Positions 13,565-25,400 of a stretch of DNA of 64,000 nt are shown in pieces. A program made the translations under genes and the position numbers. Numbering within the stretch: position 1 is the stretch's first letter; every line of letters begins with the position of its first letter. The stretch spans positions 34,412,001 to 34,476,000 of the forward strand of contig CM119371.1 in NCBI GenBank assembly GCA_051294905.1. The letters run 5' to 3'. Below the pieces are notes generated by a model. The model was not told the DNA's origin. It saw only the letters and a program-made list of their open reading frames with translations, and made no database searches. The DNA is from Botryllus schlosseri (lineage: Eukaryota).

Positions 13565-14679
13565 AACTGGGGCAATCAAATGATATAATATTCCCATAAA
13601 ATCAATATCTTCCGTCGCTCTGCCAACAATTTCGACGAGAATTTGCAATGGAATATACGCTTACGGCCAGACCAGAAAATGTATTCGGCGTCTGAGTATT
13701 GCTACGTTGATATTGAGCAAAGTGTAAAACGGGTTTCAATACTGGCTACCGATATTACCTCATTAACAAGTTATACAGCAGTAGCCAACACCCAAATCGC
13801 ACGGATTCGGTTTTTATGATGCAATAAACATTTGAAATCAAGATTGACCCCGTGCGCCTATGTTAGATTTTTTTACATTAGTCAATGATATGTATTTAAT
13901 TGATTGTTTGAAAAAGCATCATTCGCTGACTACCTACATGTAGTGTATTTCGCTCTTGACGTTGCGTGATGGTTGCGGGTCAAGCTCACAGCAGAGAGTC
14001 ACTAAATATTCACAAATGTTAATCTGGATATTTCGAGCAAACTTTTGTAACAAAGCAAGTAAAATTTTTGAAATTTTCAAGGAACATGGTCGTATAATGT
14101 TGATTGTTTTATGCTTCCAGTGCCATGCATAGAGTGGCCCGCAATTGAAATGCAATATATTTCAACCAAAGACGTCATATAATGAAGTGAAAATTGTAAC
14201 ATATGAAAAAGGTTCACAGTGCAGAACCTATCAAGGTTCGTTTGTGAACGTGAACCTCTAAATTCCCGAGGTTCACATACAGAACGCGCACGTGAACCTC
14301 GCGTTCACACCATCCCCAGTATTTAATGAATTTATCAACGTAATATACTTCATTAGCTGTTGATGGCAATGAGATCTGTGGTCGATCAAAGTTGTCGACA
14401 AAAGTTCTTTGAATTCTGGTTGCATGTAGGACGCAGAAACCTTTGGTAAAACTGCACGTGAACAACAGCTGGATTAAAACGCGGCTTTGTCTGTTCATTT
14501 TCATGGTCTGCTTCCAATGTCTGCTCGTAAATGTATGTAGGTAGACCCGAACAGAACAATTAGTTTCAAGGCCACCTTTCTCCGGCCGCGGGCCACACTA
14601 TCATCTAAGACCGCCAACACTCTGCGAGGCCGCTTTAAATCTATTCGGGGCCGGGTCCCCGAGCCCTCCCCTGCCTATA

Positions 14680-15611
14680 GGGGAGATGTGGTACCGATGG
14701 ATCACTGGGACCGAAAATACTTTGAAAATTCTCTATGATAATTCCATGATTACACTCCGTGAACTTGTCTACAATTGCTTGCTGGTAAAATCTTTCCTCA
14801 CATACAAAAAAATTCGACGTGCGCGAGCTATGGGGTCTCTCACAGATGTTTTTTGTTTTGGGGGGTGTAAAGTAAATTTATATCGACATATACATTATTC
14901 TTTGTAACCTTCAACACAAACAAACCAGCAATCATTTTGATTGTGAAGTGTAGGGCTTGTATCAGACTATATAATGGCACCTATTATTTTGTTCAGTACT
15001 TTCCTTAAGTGGAATTTTTTTCGATTCATGTATAAAATTCGTAGGGTGAGGACCGATGATACAATAGCCAAATTAAGCAAAATAATCAAGCCTACTAATC
15101 ATAAAACAAATGAAACATGCCTACGTACAGAAAATCTTTATGTAATAATTGCATATGATGTTTTATCGCTATAACGAGGTATTTGGAAGTCACACTGTCG
15201 ATTTTCGGGCAATATTTATGTACCCTCAAATTTATAAGTCCGAGCCTAAATCGGAACGTGATTTTATGACAACATTTGAGTCAATATTTATTCTATTTTT
15301 TGACGGTTGCGATCAAACATTCTTCTTTGGCTTACTGTGGCTTAGATTATAATACTGAGCAAGAAAAGTTGTCACATCCGAGGTATTTAAGGTATATGTG
15401 TCATAGGTCCCCGGGTCTTGTGCCATTGGACCCACCGGGTGGGGACCGATGACACGTTCGAGCAACAAATTTTGTACGTCCATAAATATTTTTTGAAAAG
15501 ACGGATATTCATGTATATGTGCGCGATAGGTAGAGCTTGTATCAAAGTGCTGAGCATTTTGGGGCCAGCGATCATTTTCCAATTTTTGATCCATCGGTAC
15601 CACATCTCCCC
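14680..15611. mobile_element. Tc1/mariner(pogo)-type MITE with TA TSD
   Basis: Perfect 25-bp TIR GGGGAGATGTGGTACCGATGGATCA, TA on both flanks. Internal GGACCGATGA repeats. Confidence 0.88.
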
Positions 15612-17409
15612 TACTATAGTATCATTAGCCAACACCATCGGTATGATTATTGTTGTTTTTCTTTGTATGCGCGTTGCACGACTTTGTTGTATTCAATAAT
15701 TTTCTGACCTGGGTGGGCGAGGCTGAATTACAATTTGAGATGTGAACGATTTTCTGAGGTATATGCAATCGATTTAACAAATCGAAAGTTGGATAACTGT
15801 CATAGTTCTGGGAAAGAAAGTGCGAAAGTATGGAAGTATGGACAACAATATCCATGCCATACTTGGGAATTTCCATACTATACCATACTTGCACATTACC
15901 ATATTCCATACCGAATTTTCTTTCCACACCATACCATACCATGCCCTTGCAGCGGCGAAGAGGAAATCACATGTATATGCTCATAAATATAACACCCATC
16001 TTAGCTACCGTTAAGACGACGGATTTATGCGTATCGTGGAAGGTAGAATTGAGTTGCTATTATTTAAGACACTGTTAAATTTGTATAGTGCATACTACAT
16101 GCGAGATGCTTATTGCTTATTGTAGCATTCCTCATGTCATTGGATAACCATAATCCCTCCTCAGCTATTGACAGTAGAGAAGTATTTCTATTCTTTCGAA
16201 CTACTCGAGTATAGGTTTTGCCATACTTAACTGGATATTCTTTTAGACTACTTATGCTGCTACTGGTACTTAACAGATTTCAGTTTTTAGGCTTAACTAG
16301 ACCTATAAAACTTACTGTTGCCGCTGCTTGTACTTGTACTCGAGTAGACTTGCATGACTTCTACTTGAGTACCAACGATGACTACTTTGACCACCTCTGT
16401 CCCTACTGAAAGTAACCATGACCTGACCAATTATCAACCAAACTCTCGCATTCCTCCGCATGCATATGGATTTGTGTTGATTTTTCTGTTTGTTCATTCG
16501 CTAGTATTATGTGAGTGGTCTCTGTCGTTAGTACGATGGAGTTTCTCTGTACACTCTGCTTTATGAATTAAACTGATATTATCTAGTCTAAACGGATATC
16601 AGACCGTGGATAAAACGTTACAGATTTATACGTTTATCACGAGCGACATCTCACAACACGCCACAATGAGGTCACATCCTACGTGCGACACTGGCGGGAA
16701 CTCCCACCATCACCTTCGTAGAGGTTACAACAAATCGATTCCCGAATCTATCAAATGAAGGATGCGATAACGTCAGAGATGTTATCTGGTGCGTGTGAAT
16801 GCGAAAGAACGCTGGTTTCAAAGAATCGAATATGAAAAGAGAATATCAATCGTCAGCAAACGGGTTTCACACCCTAACACATATGTTGAACCGGCTACCA
16901 GGCAAACATGTTTTCACAAAATTGCGCAATGCAATAAATATGAGACCAATCTAAATAAAGCAGGCTATTAGTAATTGGTATTCCAATGGCTTAACGACGT
17001 CTCAGAGGTTGTATCCCGATTATTACTGTTGTTTCAGGTTGTCGAACGCTGCCGGGAGCAACGTGTCACTGCTTAATGTCATGATGAACGGTCTTTATTC
17101 GAAAATGATATATTTTTATGAGTTTAACTGTATACACGCGAGGATTCCAATTCTGAACCGACTCCAGGTCATCCCTGATTCATCGCAGAGACAACAGATT
17201 TCTCGTCGTCAGGAGATGCCATTCGTTCTTTCAATTATGTACATTGGGGTTCACTTTTGTCAAATTCCGCCAACCCATGTTATGCAAACAGAAAGAGTTC
17301 GTGTATCATCTAGAACTGGGCATTGAGCCTAAGGCTAAGCCATCTGTACGCCAATATTATTCGAATTTTTACGTTCTTGACGCCATAGTTGGTGATACGA
17401 CTGTTGACA

Positions 17410-17530
17410 TACAAAGTTCTTTTCAATTCTCGATACACTGCATTTGCTGACGATTAATCCTGAAGAGCGTCAGCCGGGAATTTTCCGGATGGTTTCAATG
17501 TGAATACACCATCCAATACTATTAAACAAC
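17410..17530 (+). repeat. Hammerhead-containing repeat, degenerate copy
   Basis: GCTGACG-ATTAATC-CTGAAGA-GCGTCAGCC-GGGAATTTTCC-GGAT. Homologous to 18872-18990, with the GAAA box mutated. Confidence 0.65.
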
Positions 17531-18911
17531 AACCACCTTTCTGTTGCGAGAGAAGCGATGAACTGTGAGAAGTGACAAAAAGTAAAAGTCATTCTTGAAA
17601 GCTGCTGAATTCCTTAATTCCCTGGTAAAGCTGAATTATATCGAGAGACATATTTATCCCCTGATCGTGTAGTAGCGGGACTCTTGAACGTAAATCTGGA
17701 AAACGAAGAATGGTAGCGTTACGGGAAACTACTGATCCCACGCCAGTTTCGGGAAATGCACCCGAACGGGAAATTGCAACCCTTGGGAATTCTCGATGTG
17801 TTTTTCTGTTGCTGTAACGTATTCCTCTTGCGTCAACTGTCGTTAATTTCCTTTTATTGGACGAACGGAACGTGATTTTTTATACGGTCAACACCATTCT
17901 TCTGGTTTGCCTTACTGATAACGGCTATCAAGGGTAGATTGAAATCGGATATCCACTTCAATCTGTGTTTTCTGACTGATTCTTGGATCCAGCAGCAATG
18001 ATGCTAGTAGAGGAAGTAAACTATTGGGTTTCTTCCACTTTCACAATAAGACGTTTCGTTCTATTTATGTCCCTGGCAGACATACCACACACCAGATGTA
18101 ATACCGCTTGAGTTTTCTCCGACACGCTATAGTATCGATCATTTCATTCTTCGCCGCAGAACAAAGCAGCAAACCGGACGTGATGGGAACTGGCCTGTGT
18201 CAACCTAGTGAACTGTACTTTCCCTTTCGACCCTTAATCTGAATCGAGTATATAAAACAATAGGGCCTGAATCCCTATATTTGTGTGCATAATATATTTA
18301 TAGTTCATATCCTGGCTGTTGGTGCGGTATATTTGCGCAAAGCAAATTCGTTTCTTTTTTGTTCGTGAAAATTACGAAACAACATACCAAGTTACTTGCG
18401 AGGTACCAGTTCCTAATACTCCTTCGTTTCACGAACGTATGTACATTTCATTATTTAATAATATTTTGTATTCATGTTGACATTGAAAGCAGTGGGGAAC
18501 GGCGTGGCAAAATACTGAAAAATGTGGCTTCTTGAAACTGGATCCAAATCCGAACTGAATTGAAGTCCCGCATCTACATTATAATCAATACAATCGTAAG
18601 TCAGTGTCACTTCGGCATTTCCCTTTCAGATACAGTTTAAAAATTCGAAGCTTCATCTTGGAAATTTTCATCGTATAGTTTGTACGAAACGAAACGGTGT
18701 GATACTAATTGTTTAATTACAAGCTGGCTACTAAATATTGGAAACAGAATTAGCATTTCAAAAGGACAAGATTTATATTTCGAACGCCAACCTTAACTGC
18801 GTACGCCACTGCACACAACCAGTGGTGGTGCTACGATTGGGGGCGCTGGGCGAGACTTCCGCGGTGATACGATTGTTGATATACAATGTTCTTTATTATT
18901 CTCTACTAGTT

Positions 18912-18955
18912 GCTGACGATTACCCCTGACGAGTGTCAGCCGAAAATATTCGGGT
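18912..18955 (+). ncRNA. Candidate minimal type I hammerhead ribozyme (Penelope-like element type) within a ~120-bp dispersed repeat (18872-18990)
   Basis: Helix I ACCC(18922-25)/GGGT(18952-55). Core CTGACGA (18926-32). Helix II G18933-C18941. GAAA (18942-45). Palindromic helix III AATATT. UUC cleavage triplet ending at 18951. Loop II TGTCAGC is complementary to upstream GCTGACG (18912-18). Confidence 0.7.
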
Positions 18956-19128
18956 TCATTACAATATGAATATACTATTCAATTGTAAACACTGAAAAAT
19001 GTTTCAAGCGACTTTTAAAAACTAAATGTTTAAGCCACTAATAGAGAATAGGCTACAGGACAGTCAATGAAATGTTTTCAAACGAATGGCCTACTCAGAG
19101 CTGCGTAAGGCAAACGAAATGTAATTGG

Positions 19129-20100
19129 TAGGGATGGTGTGAACGTGAGATACACATTCGCGTTCTGTGAGTGAACCTCCGAAATTGAGAGGTTCACGTT
19201 CACAAACGAACCTTGGTAGGTTCTGCACTGTGAACCTTTTCATGCGCTACCATTTTACGCGTCGTTATAACATCTTTAGTTGCAAATATTTGTATTTAAA
19301 CTTTCCACCACTCTAGGCACGAAGCTGGAAGCATGAAAAAAATCAACACCAAACGGGCATGCTACTTGCCAATCTCAGAAATTTCACTTGCTTCGTTACA
19401 TATTTTTGCTCGAAGAATCCAACTATCTGTTTGTGAATATTTAGTGACTCGCCCTAATGTGAGCTTGACCCACAATCACACAACATCAATAGCGAAATAC
19501 AAAACATATATAGGTGTCAGCGAATGATGCTTATTCAACCAATCAATGAAATTCATTTCATTGTCTGATGTAAAAAATGTAGCAGACGTATGGGGTCAAT
19601 CTCAATTTCATATGTTTAATGTATCATAAAAAAAACAAATCCGTGCGATTGGGGCGCTGGTTACTGATGTGTAACTTGTTAAAGTAATGTCGGTAGCAAG
19701 TACAGAAACCAGTTTTACATTCTGCATAATATCAAAGTAGCAATACTCACACGTCGAATACGTTGTTCGGTCTGGCCTAGACCGTTAAGGCATAAGCTTA
19801 TATTCTCTTGCAATTGCAAGTATCCTCGTCGAAATTGTCGGCAAAGCGACAGAAGATATTGATTTAATGGGATTATTATATCATTTGCCCAAGTTGATAT
19901 ATTTGGCGACGTTTAATACGTCAATATGTATTTCAGCATTGTGGCATAATGTGGCACGAGTCGTCGCTAGGTATCGTGTACATTAATATAGGTTAGCACT
20001 TCACTGTAATGTAGGGTCGGAATTAGTAATATGACGCCACGCGACGTCATGAGGTTGACATTCGCGTTCACGCGAACATGAACCTTTCACACCATCCCCA
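19129..20100 (-). mobile_element. Family A element copy 3, uninterrupted, inverted orientation
   Basis: TIR TAGGGATGGTGTGAA / TTCACACCATCCCCA. TSD GTAATTGG/GTAGTTGG. Reverse-complement homology to copies 1 and 2. Confidence 0.9.
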
Positions 20101-22021
20101 GTAGTTGGTAGGGCGTCAGCGATAAGAATGATACCGATCAGACAGGGGGTGATTACTTCATGAATGTAATCGATTGCGATTACGATTACATCTGAATCAC
20201 GCGATTACGATTACGATTACGATTGCAGCAAAATCAGGAAGTAGTCGATTACGATTACGATTACATTGGAAAAGTAATCACGATTACCCACGATTACATT
20301 TATTTTGCATCGTAGTAGTTATATTGGAAGACAATACATGGATTGAGCTGAAAAGGCCTCATGATATAACAAATGCCTTTACAAAAGATGGGACATTTCC
20401 TTGTTACGTTATAATGTACCCATTGCCCATTTTATAGAGGACGCTTTATCGCACAAAACGTTTTGCATTCTTGCCAAGTCCATAACTGCCGCACCCCAAA
20501 TTCTCCAATAGGGTGGGGAGCGTGGTTGGAGGGTACTCAAAAGTATTTCGTCAAACATCATAACTTATAAATTATTTTCGAGAGATTTCATTAACTTGGA
20601 AATTCTCTTTGACCTTTGCGATTTAAATGTTTCTAGATAGCTTGATTTCGAAATGCATACGTCTCCCCCTCAATAAATAAAGCATGTATAATTCATAGTA
20701 CACTGTAAATCTAAAAGGTGGAAAAAATGGTTGGAAAATGGAGAAAGATACTTCCCCTCCAATTATCCACCGTATCTCCACCAGATATGGAGGAATTTAG
20801 AGGGTAGAAAGAGGGAGGAATCAATAGTCTACCATATTTGGTGGAAAACAATTATTGACATGGTGGAAATCAGAAATGACTCTTCGCAAACTGTCGTATT
20901 GCCCGATTAAAACATGACAGTCGATACTGGCTTATAGTTAATAACGTCATCAGACATGAATTTCGAGTCGAGTGTTGTTTTTTCACTCAATATAAAGTCA
21001 TAGTCGCATACATTTTGGAATATTGATAAAATAATAAATATTTCATTTACAAGTGGTTAAGCCAGTAGAGGGATTAGTAAATTTGAAAATATCTGAATAC
21101 TATTAATGGATTGTGATAATAATTTCGAGATCCTGCACGACCGTAGCATATCCAAAACCTTTAACGTATATTCTTAATGCCAATATCCTCACCAATGAAC
21201 CGTGACCGGCGGTAATTCAGCATCCGGGACTCTGGCAATTTCGAATGCACGGGGAATCGGGGATACGCGCTCTCCGTTGTCAGTCGATCTGAGTTAGTCG
21301 GTCGACAGAGAAAGGTATTTATATTCATTGATTGTGAGTTGATCACAATATGATTATTGTTGATTTTAGTTCATAAGTAATGTCATTTGCTTAATCGATT
21401 TCATATTAAGTACCGGTATCGCTCGTGACTAAAAATACATTGAACTTGTCATAAGCAGTTACCAGTAGGCTGATGAGAGATGAGAATGATGCATCTGATG
21501 ACCCGATACTGTTTTTCTGCTGTTATCTTGCTTGGTGGGAAGGTAATTCAAGTAAGCCAACTGGTGATTATAATGCCAGGAATTAGGTAGGAAAAGTACA
21601 TTTTCATATTCATGCATAACATAGATAGAGCTATTGGGTACCGGTATTCAAACTGGTTCTGTATTTAGTTTTACCATTATGCAGTAGCTGCATATTTATA
21701 ATTTGGATTTTCATTGTTTGAATGAAAGGAACTCTTCTGATATCTTTCTGGCGTCACAATTTTTGTAAATGTGAGAATTTACTATGAATATATTCAGTAT
21801 AATTCTGCCAATACTAAACGACATGTCACGGTCTCGGACAATGCATAACTTGTCTTCAGTCCCGCTCAGTCCGACGTTTAGTATTACAATTTCTGCGGTT
21901 AATCCTTTATAGTGTTAGACTGTCATTCAGCGCAATAACTGATACCAGTGCGTTTTAGTTGCGAATTGAACGGTAAAATCTAAAATGTATGACTTAACAG
22001 CACATCATTAGAGATATTACT

Positions 22022-22419
22022 ATGAATGTGTTGAAATGTCCTATCCTTGCATGCATAAACCAATACTTGGACAGGAAGTCTCTATTGGCTCATGTTCGGC
22101 GCTGCCACTATATATGTACAAACTTAGAGTGTAAAATCGCTCCATGCAAATATGTTGCTGCTTCTTATCATGCTTATAGAATGCACCTTTCGAGGAAACA
22201 CAGTGAAAGCTCTATGCCATCCAATGCAGAGACAGTAGTACTGATAGTAGAAGACAATGACTCATTTCGCCTTTCTTTTCTAGACAATTTCACAGTCACA
22301 TTGTGGAAAACTCTTGGGTGAAATATTTGCTTTCTCCCGGCGATGAAAAATCATTTGTACCTTTAGATGCGTACGCAGTCGATGACCACCATCATGTCCG
22401 TTTAGATCACTTGGTGTGA
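22022..22419 (+). pseudogene. Internally deleted, frameshifted transposase-like ORF1: two N-terminal C2H2 zinc fingers joined to a C-terminal tail
   Basis: 22022-22321 encodes CPILAC..HVRRCH and CKIAPC..HLSRKH fingers. A second frame, 22261-22419, reads LISPFFSRQFHSHIVENSWVKYLLSPGDEKSFVPLDAYAVDDHHHVRLDHLV*, resembling the f..hfhay.v...PL..Y.v....v.l.h ends of animal EnSpm transposases as I recall them. No catalytic core is present. Confidence 0.6.
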
Positions 22420-22468
22420 GATGTAATTGAAAACTAATTGTAATTTGTAATTTCAGTCCTAAATAATT

Positions 22469-25400
22469 ATGAGACTTTTAGTTACATTCAATACCAACAA
22501 CAAGATCATTAATGTGTGCAGAAAAGAAGATATACCATCATCTGTTGCACTGAAATTTGATTTGGCGCCGGAACTCTTGAATATTCAGTGTTATGATAAG
22601 GAGTTTACTGATTGGGTTGATCTGTCTGATGCTGATGTAAAAGACAATGATCGGATTAGAGTTCTTGTTACGGGTAAGTTTAGGCTTGGTTTCAGTTATC
22701 AATTTTTTCACCTCTATACCCCATTTTCCTAGAAAATGAACAAAGCGTTTGCGATAGCAGCATCACTAGCGACTCCCTAACTGTGGATTCATCTGAACGT
22801 AATGTGATGGGTGATTCATCTGAATCTATTGTGACGAATGATTCAGTTAAATCATTACTTTCACGTTCATACCAACGATGGCCTGTGGCCTACGACATCC
22901 CAACCTTTCCTCAATACCTGGTGCAACGCATCAAAAACCTAGTATCTGGGAGCGCTGGCAATATTGTGATTCCATCAAGACTGAGAAAAGAGATCAGGAC
23001 AATTCTCTTTCAAGATCTTTTGCGATATTCCTTGTAAGTATAATTCTATTCAATTCTATCCATCGCATTTTGTTTCAAAGCTCGCGCACACATTTTGTTA
23101 TTTGGATATATATCAGGTAACCAATGTTCCCTCTGAGCTGCGCACGTGCGCAAATGAGCAGTGCTGAAACGGTCTCTGCGCGCAGAAAATCGAAGCATGC
23201 GCAGTGCGCACAAAATATCCGACGTGATGTTTTTTTAGTCGTTGCGCACTGTTGTCCAATGGACCACGCAGGCGCGCAGACTCGTGAAAAATTAGATGGA
23301 ACATTGCCAGGGCCAAATAGTGTTATCACTGAAGTCTGAAACCGAGGTACAGGTGCGGCTCGCAAAGGTAAATATCGCGTTCCGTGAAGAAATGAGAATT
23401 TACAATCACGTGCTCCTCACGGAAGAGATTTTTTATTATGGTTTCGTTCGCGTGAGCGATATAGATAGCATTTTAATAGCGCATTCTTTTATGGGAATGG
23501 CGAAATAACATATGGTTTAACAAAGTTGTAAATAACAATGGGCTAGCTCAAAGTTGATCTGCGATAAACCAACGAATACTCTTCTCCGCGTGGCATGAAA
23601 ATTGCGTAAGATTTACTCGGGACCCTAACCCGCCAATTGGAGGGCCGAGCTCGAAGGGGTCCAAAATAATTTCGTTGAATAACATGAATCATGGTGTATT
23701 TTTTTGGAATTTTTCCGGAATTTTTTTCGCGCTATGCGCGTTTTAATATTGTACGATATTTTGATTATTGGGTACCCTTTCCCAACAGAAAATGCGCATG
23801 ATTTATAGAAATAGGCAGTAGGGCGTCGCCCATCACGGCACCATGACGCTCCGAGACATATGAAGTTGAAGGATATGTTTGCAGGTAACTATATGACGAT
23901 CTATCTAACAGGTACCCCACTGCGCATCAGTATCGAGAAGTATGCGTGGCATTATTAAGAAACTATCCGGTTTTGAAAGACAATAACGAAGAAAATTCCA
24001 GCTATGTAAGTCAGCTGCATGTAGCTGTAGTCCTGGGCAAGTGGGCAATGGGCATAATACACTAAGGGGACGCCAAATATCCATAGTAAACTGTTCTGGC
24101 CCATTACCGGTGAATTCCGGACAAATATATGTTTTCGTATCAGCGTATTATACGCACCAGAATCGACGGCTGCCAACACATACTAATTGAATTACGTGTT
24201 GACGGCAGCACAAATTTCCTTCTACGGCCGCAGGTTGGCCACCCCTGAGCTAGAATTATTTCCAGCTCCGGGCGCATGCCGTAATCTTATCAATAGAAAT
24301 CGACTGTCTACCAAATGCCCAATAGTTTAAAATTCGATATTGTTGTCCTCGATACGAGTACGTCTAGCAATCAAGATTATCGGAATGTGGAAGGTTCCCT
24401 GTTCAAACAAATCGAATAATTTCAGAGTTTGTGTCACCCATAATCTTGTGATGCATCAATATTTGACAATGGCATGGCATACTGCGCGTTAATAACGAAA
24501 ATAACACTCGTGCGGAACACTGCAATCACAGTTATTGAATTGCAACTGAATATTTGAGTTAAAATGGTCATTTCAAATGACGTTTCCGACCGGGGAATTC
24601 GAACCCCGAAAACCCTATGGTTACGCGCCTGGCACACACGTGTAGGCTATCGAAAATGAAGACGTCTCTAATGAAGTCGCTTCGATTCGCCTAATTACTA
24701 ATTACTGGTCACAAATCACTTGGGTGTTTGAGCATTTTGTACGAGGTGGCCACCACCTCGCCAATATGGCCCCATTTTGCCAAGTATCAGGACTAATACT
24801 CGAAATAACTATTCTTCAAAGTTGCATTGAAAAATTGATTCGCATGGAGTCATTTAACGTATTTAAAAAAATAAGACTTGAGTCAAGTTGAGTGACCCAA
24901 AAATCGCGACTCGAGTCCATGCAATGGAACCACATCAAAACAGCCCTCAAAGTCTGAAAATCGGCATTGTTCCGTTTCATTGTTATGTTCATTGTGTCGT
25001 GGCGCTGCCATTGTTGAAACAATGCCGATTTTTAGACTTTGCGGGCTGTTTAGGGGTTTTTCCTTGCTTTTAGTATTAGTACTCTCTGCAGAGTTGAGTT
25101 CAACAATATTTGCAATTTCTTTAGGGCTCGTGGCATATTGCCTTGAGGCAGAAGTTCAAGGACTATCGAAGACATTTGGAAGCTGAATTGGTGAATCAGA
25201 TGAAGCAGAAGTATGGTACAAAACGAAAGAATGTTGTTAAGGAAGAAGAAGAAGCCAGCAGCTCAAGATGCAAAAGAGCCAGGGTTGTAAGTCCAGTTAA
25301 TTTTTATCTTGGTTTTGAGATGAGCTAATTAAACTCTAATTTTTCAGGATAATTTCTGTCCGGATTTTGTTGAAGATCAACACAGCATTGATAATCTCAT

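Larger units (their letters stand above)
10808..14318 (+). mobile_element. Family A element copy 2 (nest layer 3)
   Basis: TAGGGATGGTGTGAAC ... GTTCACACCATCCCCA. 10808-11058 and 13565-14318 are collinear with copy 1. TSD not clearly preserved. Confidence 0.88.
10636..14673. mobile_element. Charlie-type MITE split by family A copy 2 (nest layer 2)
   Basis: Left end CAGAGGCGGGCAAC...GCGGGCCG; right end GGGCCGG...CCCTCCCCTG. CCTATAC is present on both flanks once the adjacent TA-inserted element is removed. Confidence 0.6.
10111..15948. mobile_element. hAT-type MITE with (TATGG)n-rich ends; outermost layer of a nested cluster
   Basis: TIR CAGGGCATGGTATGGTATGGTGTGG, 24/25 match with the right end. 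TSD GCAGTGGC (10103-10110) / GCAGCGGC (15949-15956). Confidence 0.8.

Noticed and set aside
23114..23889. One insertion delimited by CAGGTAAC direct repeats
   Set aside because: The MITE closes at 23306 and the sequence before 23882 is not a matching TIR; a composite insertion cannot be excluded but is unsupported.
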